A stretch of DNA of 64,000 bases from Planctomycetota bacterium (GTDB lineage Bacteria > Planctomycetota > UBA8108 > SXIK01): positions 7,200,001 through 7,264,000 of the forward strand of contig CBDCXR010000004.1 of assembly GCA_965223845.1 (NCBI GenBank). Direction: 5' to 3'. The position numbers and the translations under genes were made by a program. Under the pieces are notes generated by a model. That model saw nothing but the letters and a program-made list of their open reading frames with translations. It made no database searches and was not told the DNA's origin. Shown here piece after piece: positions 57,164 through 64,000 of the stretch (position 1 is the first letter of the stretch; each line of letters opens with the position of its first letter).

Positions 57164-59395
57164 CTACTCGCGCGAGATCGTCTCGTCGAGATTGAGAAGG
57201 ACGGAGGCGACGAAGAACGCCGCCGCAAGCTCGGGGTGCGGGGTGTCGGCTGGGACGGAGCGCCCCTCGAGGAGCGCGCGAGCGGCGTTCGGCTGTGCGC
57301 GGAGACGCGAGAGCTCGGTCTCGAAGAGCTCCACCATCCTGCGCAGTTCACTCGCCGAGGGCGGGCGGCTCAGGCAACGCCGGAAGGCGTAGCGGACGCG
57401 ATCCGCCGACGACCCGTTCGGAAGATCCGCGATGACGCGCTCGGCGAGCTTGAATGCGAGGTCGACGTACACCGGATCGTTGAGCAGGACGAGCGCCTGA
57501 AGAGGCGTGTTCGTTCGCGGGCGTTCCACGCACGTCGCCGTACGGTCGGGAGCGTCGAACGCGACGAAGCTCGGGTACGGACTGCTCCGCCGGAGCACGG
57601 TATAGAGGCCGCGACGATACCGATCTTCACCGGTGCTCGTCCGGTAGGTGTTGTCGACAACGCCGATGACGACCCAGGTTCCGTCCGGCTGCGGCGGGTA
57701 GACCGGTGGGCCGCCGAGGCGCCGGGCGAGCGTTCCGCTCGCGGCGAGAGCCGCATCTCGGATGCGCTCGGCCTCGAGTCGAAAGCGCGCACCGCGAGCG
57801 TAGAGCTCGTTGTCGGGATCGCGCTCCTTCGCGATCGCGCTCACGCGCGAGCTCTGCTGATACGCCGCGGAGAGGACCATCGCGCGGTGAACTCGCTTCA
57901 CCGACCAGCCGGAATCGACGAGCTCGCACGCGAGCCAATCGAGAAGTTCGGGATGCGTCGGCCGCGCACCTCGAGTGCCAAAGTCCTCGGGCGTCGCGAC
58001 GAGCCCTCGACCGAAGAACGCCGCCCAGTGCCGATTGACGACAACTCGCGCGACGAGCGGGTTTTCCGGGCTCGCGAGCCAGCGAGCGAGGCCGAGCCGA
58101 TTCGCCGGCGCGTCTTCGGCGAGAGGGTGAAGCGCACTCGGAACGCCCGGCGCAACGGGGTCCGCCGGATCGAGAAAGCTGCCGCGGCGAAGTACCCGCG
58201 TCTCGCGCGTGTCGGCTCGCTCGCGCATGACGAGCGCCGTCGGCGGCGCCAGCTCGTCGAGGCGCTCCCTCACGGTCGCGATCTCACTCTCGCACTCCGC
58301 GAACCGCGGCTTCACCGCGCGGAAGCGTTCGAGGAGCTTCTTCTTCTGCTTTGCCGTTCGATCCTTCGCGTCGATGCGGAAGATCGCTCGAATCGGTTTC
58401 GGTTCCGCCGCGAGCTCGGCGGCGTTCGCTGCGAGGTTCTCCTCCCAGGATTTCCTCTCCGCACGCAGGGCCTTCAACTCGCGCTCGAGCGTCTCGCGTT
58501 TCGCGTCGAGTTCTCGCCGCGCGATCCGCTTTTCCTCGGCGAGAGGGAGCTCGATCTTGGGGCCGATGAACTGTCTCACCGAGCCGCCTTCCGCCTTGGT
58601 TTCGATCTCCGTCTGATTGAAGTACGCGAGGAGACCGTAATAGTCCTCCTGCGTGAACGGGTCGTACTTGTGGTCGTGACACTGAGCGCACGAGAGCGTC
58701 GAGCCGAGCCAGACGGTACCCGTCGTGTTCACGCGATCGAAGACCGCGTTCAGGCGGTCCTCCTCGCGATCGACTCCGGCTTCGACGTTCACCGTCGTAT
58801 TGCGATGGAATCCGGTCGCGATCGTCGATTCGAGTGTCGCGCCGGGAAGCAGATCGCCCGCGAGCTGATCGATCGTGAATTCGTCGAACGGTAGATCGTC
58901 ATTGAGAGCCGTCACGACCCAGTCGCGGTACGGCCAGGACGAGCGGTGTCCATCCCGCTGGAATCCGTTCGAGTCGGCGTAGCGTGCGAGATCGAGCCAG
59001 CGCGATGCGAAACGCTCGCCGTACGCGGGTGAAGCCAAGAGTCGATCGACGAGCTTCTCGTACGCCTCCGGTCGTTCGTCCGCGATGAATCGATCGACCT
59101 CCTCGACGGACGGAGGCAGTCCGGTGAGATCGAGCGAGAGTCGGCGGATCAGCGTGTAGCGATCGGCCTGCGGCGACGGCTCGAGGTCCTCGCGCTCCAA
59201 TCGGCGGAGGACGAAGCGGTCGATCGCGCCGCGCGGCCACTTCTCGTCCGCGACACTCGGCACCGAGGGCCGTACGGGCGCCTGATACGCCCAGTGATCC
59301 TCGGCGAGTGCGAGCGAGCTCGCGGCGACGAGGGTCACGGCACTCAACACGGCGCGCCGGCCGCGGCGATGGGATCCGGTCGGTCTTCGCGGCAT
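57164..59395 (-). CDS. DUF1549/DUF1553 (PSD1) domain protein
   Basis: Motifs [60 protein letters not shown] and TPLQAL. Confidence 0.92.
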   Translation of the reverse strand: MPRRPTGSHRRGRRAVLSAVTLVAASSLALAEDHWAYQAPVRPSVPSVADEKWPRGAIDRFVLRRLEREDLEPSPQADRYTLIRRLSLDLTGLPPSVEEVDRFIADERPEAYEKLVDRLLASPAYGERFASRWLDLARYADSNGFQRDGHRSSWPYRDWVVTALNDDLPFDEFTIDQLAGDLLPGATLESTIATGFHRNTTVNVEAGVDREEDRLNAVFDRVNTTGTVWLGSTLSCAQCHDHKYDPFTQEDYYGLLAYFNQTEIETKAEGGSVRQFIGPKIELPLAEEKRIARRELDAKRETLERELKALRAERKSWEENLAANAAELAAEPKPIRAIFRIDAKDRTAKQKKKLLERFRAVKPRFAECESEIATVRERLDELAPPTALVMRERADTRETRVLRRGSFLDPADPVAPGVPSALHPLAEDAPANRLGLARWLASPENPLVARVVVNRHWAAFFGRGLVATPEDFGTRGARPTHPELLDWLACELVDSGWSVKRVHRAMVLSAAYQQSSRVSAIAKERDPDNELYARGARFRLEAERIRDAALAASGTLARRLGGPPVYPPQPDGTWVVIGVVDNTYRTSTGEDRYRRGLYTVLRRSSPYPSFVAFDAPDRTATCVERPRTNTPLQALVLLNDPVYVDLAFKLAERVIADLPNGSSADRVRYAFRRCLSRPPSASELRRMVELFETELSRLRAQPNAARALLEGRSVPADTPHPELAAAFFVASVLLNLDETISRE

Positions 59396-59401
59396 GACGC
59401 G

Positions 59402-59410
59402 AGTATAGCA
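59402..59410 (-). promoter_or_regulatory. Extended -10 promoter (TGcTATACT), 6 nt upstream of ATG59395
   Basis: The minus strand reads TGC-TATACT-CGCGTC-ATG with no SD sequence. Confidence 0.6.
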
Positions 59411-59556
59411 GATCCGGCGAGGCGGGAGGGTTCGCGATCGCGACTCGCGCTCGATTCGCGGTATTCTGCGTCGAGGAGCGGGCGCGAGACCTCGCGGCGC
59501 GCGTGTCGAGAGACGGATTTCGATCATCCTCGCGGGAGGCAAATCACTTGAGTGCG

Positions 59557-62259
59557 ATGGCATCGACGAACGGCGTACAAACGATCGGAACTCTACTTGT
59601 CGCGTGTCTCGGTCTCGCCGGCTGCGCGCCCACACCGGACGCGCCCGTGGGCGAGAATGCGGACGAGTGGACCGACGTGCGGGTGGAAGCGGTCGCCTCG
59701 CAGGCTCTTCTCGCTCAGATCGACCGGGTGAAGAATGCGCTCGAGCTTCTCGGCCAACCGCTTCCCGCGTCGGTGCTGCTCGACATCGAAACGGCGCGCG
59801 AGGAGTGGAACGATCGCGACGTTACCGCGGCCGTTCAGAACGCGCTCGATCCGCTCTGTCTTCTTACCATCGTGATCGAAGGGGAAGATCGCTTTCAGGT
59901 GCACCGCGGCGCCGGCCCGGCCACTCTCGTCGAGCAGGGCTGGACGTCCTTTCTCATCAAGATCGTCAACCGCGCGGAAATCGAGGCGCGACTCGAAGTC
60001 GACAGCCCGCACGCGGGATCGATTCCCGGTTCGGCGCCCGGGATCGCCGCGACGCGATGGATGGACGTCGAGCTTTTCGATCGCCAGCCGCTCCGCCGCG
60101 CACTCTCGGGATTCCCGCTCGAGTACCGCGCGATCCAGATCTACGCGCGCGACGCCGGCGTCCACCGCGCACGGCTCGACTTCGGGCTCACGCCGCTCGC
60201 CAGCGCACGGCCGGCGCGCGACGGCTCCGGCCGACTCATTCGCGCGTGGGATTTCGATGCGGACGACACCTCTGGGTGGCGGCCGCTGAACGCGTGTCGA
60301 CTCGAGAGTCGCGCCGGCGCGCTGCGAGCGATCGCGACGGGAGCCGATCCCTACTTCGCCGTCTCGCAATCGGCGCCGGGCGGCGACATGGTCCTTCGCT
60401 TCGCGGCGCGCACGGCAAAGGTCGTCGAGGGTCAGGTGTTCTGGTGGACGCGCGAGCGTCCGCAACCCGACGGTGGGCGCCTGCGGTCGTTTCGTCTCGG
60501 CGCCGCGCCCGGCGTGTGGCAGCGGGGAGAGGTCCGCTTCCGTGCGGCATCCGATCTCGCGGGAGTTCGTATCGATCCGGGGAACGGACCGGGCGAGGTC
60601 GAGTTCGACTGGATCGAGCTCGCCTACGAACGCGACCACGCCGCGGCGAGCGAGTCGATCGCGCTCGCGTTCAACGTCGACCGCTCGACGCGCGTCTCGT
60701 TCGCGGTTTCCGACGACCGTGGGCGACCGACGACCGCGGCGTTCGTGATTCGCGACGAGCAGGGTCGTGTGTATCCCGCGCGAGGAAAGAGGCTCGCGCC
60801 GGACTTTTTCTTCCAGTCGCAGGTCTACCGCGCAGACCGCGAGACCGTACGCCTGCCATCGGGAACCTACTCGGTCGAATGTTCGCGCGGGCCGGAATCG
60901 ATCCCCACGACGAAGTCGCTCGTTGTCGGCCGAACGCCGACCGAGCTCACCTACCGGGTCGAACGCTGGGTCGACCCGGCCGAGCGCGGGTGGTGGTCGG
61001 GCGACCATCACATCCATGCCGCCGGTTGTCGGCACTACTCGAACCCGACCGAGGGCGTCCGGCCGCGCGACATGGCTCGGCACATCCAAGGCGAAGACCT
61101 CAAGGTCGGTAGCAACCTCACCTGGGGACCGTGCTTCGACTACCAGAAGCAGTTCTTCACCGCGCGCGAAGACGACGCGTCGAGTTACCCCTATATTCTC
61201 CGCTACGACATCGAGGTGTCGGGATTCGGTTCGCATCGGTCGGGACACCTCTGTCTCCTCCGGCTCAAGGAGCAGATCTACCCGGGTGGTGAGTCTAAGG
61301 ATCACTGGCCTACGCTCGGGCTGAATACGCTCCGCTGGGCGAAGCAGCAAGGCGCGATTTGCGGCCCGGCGCACTCGGCGTCGGGGCTCCACGGTTCGGT
61401 GGGGCGCGCGAATGCACCGGACGGACCGGACGGGCTGCCGAGCTTCGCGATTCCGAACTACGACGGTATCGGTGCGAACGAATTCATCGTCGATGTGACG
61501 CACCGCGTACCGGGTCCCGGCGGCGAGCTCGTGCCCGCGGTCGACTTCATTTCGACGATGGATACCGACCGCCGCGCCGAGCTCACGATGTGGTACCACG
61601 TGCTCAACTGCGGTTTCCGCGTACGTGCGAGCGGCGAGACGGACTTTCCGTGCATCAGTGGCGACCGCGTAGGAATGGGACGGGTCTACGCGAAGGTCGA
61701 TGGCCGGCTCACGTACGACGCTTGGTGCGAAGCCCTCGCCCGCGGGCGGAGCTACGTGAGCGACGGAACGGCGCACCTCATGGAGTTGACGGCTCAGTCG
61801 GTGTCGACCGGCGCGACGGTCGAGCTCGGAGTGGCCGAGAGCGAGCTTCGCCTCGACGCGCCGGGAGTCGTTCGCCTGCGCGCCATCGCGGCCGTCCGCC
61901 ATCCCGCCGAGGCTCGCGCACGGATCGAAGTGGTCGTGAATGGATTCCCGGTCGAGGAGAAGGAGATTCCGGCGACGGGAATCGCGACGGATGTGTCCTT
62001 CGACGTCCGGGTAGAGAAGAGCAGCTGGGTGGCCCTTCGCGTCTTTCCTTCAGCCCACACGAATCCCATCTTCGTCCTCGTGCAGGAAAAGCCGATCCGC
62101 GCGCTCAAAGCGAGCGCGGAGTGGTGTCGCCGCGGTGTCGACCAGTGCTGGTCGCAGAAGGCGCGGACGTACGCAGAGGCGGAGCAGGAGGACGCGATCG
62201 CGGCCTACGAGCACGCTCGGCGGGTTTACGATCGCATCTGGGCTGAGTGCGAGGAGTAG
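59557..62259 (+). CDS. CehA/McbA family (PHP-like) metallohydrolase, lipoprotein
   Basis: Lipobox LAGC. Motifs SGDHHIHAAGC, WGPC, EVSGFGSH, WYHVLNCG, SGETDFPC and AHTNP. Confidence 0.8.
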   Translation: MASTNGVQTIGTLLVACLGLAGCAPTPDAPVGENADEWTDVRVEAVASQALLAQIDRVKNALELLGQPLPASVLLDIETAREEWNDRDVTAAVQNALDPLCLLTIVIEGEDRFQVHRGAGPATLVEQGWTSFLIKIVNRAEIEARLEVDSPHAGSIPGSAPGIAATRWMDVELFDRQPLRRALSGFPLEYRAIQIYARDAGVHRARLDFGLTPLASARPARDGSGRLIRAWDFDADDTSGWRPLNACRLESRAGALRAIATGADPYFAVSQSAPGGDMVLRFAARTAKVVEGQVFWWTRERPQPDGGRLRSFRLGAAPGVWQRGEVRFRAASDLAGVRIDPGNGPGEVEFDWIELAYERDHAAASESIALAFNVDRSTRVSFAVSDDRGRPTTAAFVIRDEQGRVYPARGKRLAPDFFFQSQVYRADRETVRLPSGTYSVECSRGPESIPTTKSLVVGRTPTELTYRVERWVDPAERGWWSGDHHIHAAGCRHYSNPTEGVRPRDMARHIQGEDLKVGSNLTWGPCFDYQKQFFTAREDDASSYPYILRYDIEVSGFGSHRSGHLCLLRLKEQIYPGGESKDHWPTLGLNTLRWAKQQGAICGPAHSASGLHGSVGRANAPDGPDGLPSFAIPNYDGIGANEFIVDVTHRVPGPGGELVPAVDFISTMDTDRRAELTMWYHVLNCGFRVRASGETDFPCISGDRVGMGRVYAKVDGRLTYDAWCEALARGRSYVSDGTAHLMELTAQSVSTGATVELGVAESELRLDAPGVVRLRAIAAVRHPAEARARIEVVVNGFPVEEKEIPATGIATDVSFDVRVEKSSWVALRVFPSAHTNPIFVLVQEKPIRALKASAEWCRRGVDQCWSQKARTYAEAEQEDAIAAYEHARRVYDRIWAECEE

Positions 62260-62262
62260 TTC

Positions 62263-62528
62263 CACACGAAGGACGCGAAGGACCGCGAAGAGAGACGAAG
62301 GAAGAGGAAAGATAGAGTTGGGTATGAAGGGAATCTCGAGATGACGGCCGTGCGTTCACGCGTAGAAGGCTCACCGCTTTTGCGCCGTCCCGTGAAGGCG
62401 CGTGCCGTACCGAGTCAATCGAATTCGTGGCGCGAGCGAGCGACGTTCAGCGCGGTTTCGAATTCTATCCCCCTTATCAATCCTCTCTTCCTTCGTCTCT
62501 CTTCGCGGTCCTTCGCGTCCTTCGTGTG
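62263..62528. repeat. 266-bp element bounded by perfect 44-bp inverted repeats (MITE/REP-like)
   Basis: 62263-62306 (CACACGAAGGACGCGAAGGACCGCGAAGAGAGACGAAGGAAGAG) is the exact reverse complement of 62485-62528. Confidence 0.85.
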
Positions 62529-62577
62529 AATCTCTCGACCCCGATAGCACGACGCGTCGGGAAAGTCGGATCGCCGC

Positions 62578-63516
62578 CTAGCCCCCACGACCGAAGCGAG
62601 CCGAGGCCGCCTTCACGATCCCCACCGGAGGCGGAAGGTGCCCGGTATAAACGAGGAATCGATACCGGAGCCGCAGTGATTCCTTCGCCGCGAGATCTCG
62701 CGTGAAGAAAGCGCCGAAGCGTCCGTAGTCCCGGTACGCCGAGTACTTCGTTCCCTTCGGATTGTCCGGGTGGTTGAGATGGATCACCGTGTAAACGCGC
62801 TCGCCGAGCGTGTAGGTTTCCCCGGCCCACGCGTAGTCGAGATCCTTCTTGGGGTCGGCGTCTTCCTTCGGGAAAAAGTACTTGGTTCGCTTTCGATCGA
62901 CTTCGTTCGCCGGCCGATACTGGACGCCTGCGTGCTCCGGGTCGCCGTTCAGCTTCAGATCTCGCTGCGCGGTGAGCACCGTGTCGAAGTCGATCTCGAC
63001 GATCCCCGGGCCGTCGAGTCGGCGGAACTTCATCGTCCGCTCTTCGACGATGAGCGGCTTCTTCTCCTTGTCGTTCCAGTGCACGAGCGAGGTGAGCACC
63101 GCCTCGTCGCCCGTCGTTTCGCTCTTCAGGAACCGCTGGTGCACCTGCTCGACACCCTTCATGTGCCAGAGGTCGTAGCTCTGTCCGCCCGATTGGACGC
63201 GATTCCAGCCGATGAAGATCCCGCGGTGATGGGTGAACTGTCCGCCGGGACCTTTGGTGATCGGCGTCTTGTTGTCGACCCCGAACACGTGGAGATACGG
63301 CTTGTAGGTTTCGTGAAGACGCTCCGGAGTCGACTTGTCGTAGGCGTGCATGTAGCGCGCCACCCGGCGGCCGTCGATCGCGATGTCGGTGTGAGACTCC
63401 TGGACGGTGGAGATCGCGAAGCGATTGTCTTCCGCGGACACCGAAGAGAATCCGAAGGACACGCAAAGACTGAACGCGACAACGAACGGCACGGCAGAAC
63501 GGCGAACGATCGTCAT
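62578..63516 (-). CDS. DUF6807 / PmoA-like family secreted protein
   Basis: Signal peptide. Motifs YKPYLHV, HHRGIFIGW, DLWH, GDPEHAG.QYR, HPDNP and RDYGRFG. Confidence 0.7.
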   Translation of the reverse strand: MTIVRRSAVPFVVAFSLCVSFGFSSVSAEDNRFAISTVQESHTDIAIDGRRVARYMHAYDKSTPERLHETYKPYLHVFGVDNKTPITKGPGGQFTHHRGIFIGWNRVQSGGQSYDLWHMKGVEQVHQRFLKSETTGDEAVLTSLVHWNDKEKKPLIVEERTMKFRRLDGPGIVEIDFDTVLTAQRDLKLNGDPEHAGVQYRPANEVDRKRTKYFFPKEDADPKKDLDYAWAGETYTLGERVYTVIHLNHPDNPKGTKYSAYRDYGRFGAFFTRDLAAKESLRLRYRFLVYTGHLPPPVGIVKAASARFGRGG

Positions 63517-63630
63517 GATGGAGCTCCGGTGAATGTTCGGCAGCGAGCTACCGGGTACCAAGAGGGGTGAACCGCGAAGGAAGGAGATTCTCTCGTCACC
63601 CGCGTGCGGAATCCACCGTACGCTCTCGGC

Positions 63631-64000
63631 TCAATCGTCCGGGAGAGCTTCGAGCGCGAGCATGACTTGCTCGGGGAGCGCGGCCGGCATGGCCGTCACG
63701 ACGCGGACGAGGTGATCGCCGCTCTTGCCGTTCGCCTCGATGCCCTTTCCGCGGAGACGGAGAATGGAGTCCGACGAAGTGAGGGGCGGAATCTTGAGCT
63801 CCACCCAGCCGCCGATCGTCTCCACCTGGACCGAGCCGCCGAGGAGCGCTTTCTTGACGGGAACGCGGGCGTCCGAGCGCACGTTGAGCCCGTCGAGTCG
63901 CATCGTGCGGTGCGGCTTCACGGAGACCTCGAGGAGGAGGTCTCCGTTCGCCCCGCCGTCGCTTCCCGGGTGACCTTGGCCCGTCAAACGGAGGATCGCG
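63631..64000 (-). CDS. DnaJ/CbpA C-terminal domain protein, 5'-truncated
   Basis: Motifs RLTGQG, GDLLL, ALLGG...V.T..G, LRLRGKG and GDHLV. Confidence 0.85.
   Translation of the reverse strand, partial: AILRLTGQGHPGSDGGANGDLLLEVSVKPHRTMRLDGLNVRSDARVPVKKALLGGSVQVETIGGWVELKIPPLTSSDSILRLRGKGIEANGKSGDHLVRVVTAMPAALPEQVMLALEALPDD

Noticed and set aside
59593-61902. 769-aa antisense ORF, and similar long shadow ORFs (55482-56975, 57236-58894, 19568-20959, 48297-49775, 33837-35216)
   Set aside because: They lie opposite well-supported genes and have no motifs. High GC and rare CTA/TTA/TCA codons remove antisense stops.
62263-62528. CRISPR array or IS element
   Set aside because: There are only two arms, in inverted orientation, with no spacers, cas genes or transposase ORF.

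Overview
This is a GC-rich, gene-dense bacterial chromosome segment, most likely from the Planctomycetota. That call is inferred from DUF1549/DUF1553, DUF1501, DUF1080, two DUF6807/PmoA-like genes, a Pirellula/Verrucomicrobium-type CxxCH haem domain, FG-GAP proteins and the kdsB-pyrG-DUF1844 order. About 50 CDS are supportable. They include a candidate sugar-oxidation block with a hydroxypyruvate reductase resembling the plant enzyme, a rhodanese-MauE/DoxX pair, epmB/efp/epmA, putA, a membrane/spermidine-synthase-fold/TPR fusion, a surface-glycan and LPS region (wcaJ-like, degT-like, GT4s, kdsB, lptF/G), queC, pyrG, ggt, a TAXI protein facing an MscK-like channel, a RimK module, trxB, and a DUF1553-DUF1501-FG-GAP / CehA-McbA divergon. 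I found no rRNA, tRNA, CRISPR array, transposase, integrase or phage gene. Non-coding features are a perfect 44-bp inverted-repeat element at 62263-62528, operator-like palindromes upstream of an orphan LuxR-type HTH, a hairpin plus hexamer repeat at 28.7-28.8 kb, and recurrent extended -10 motifs, some implying leaderless mRNAs. I cannot show a clearly new system. The best candidates are uncharacterised modules, listed with their tests. All family calls come from motif recognition, not database searches.
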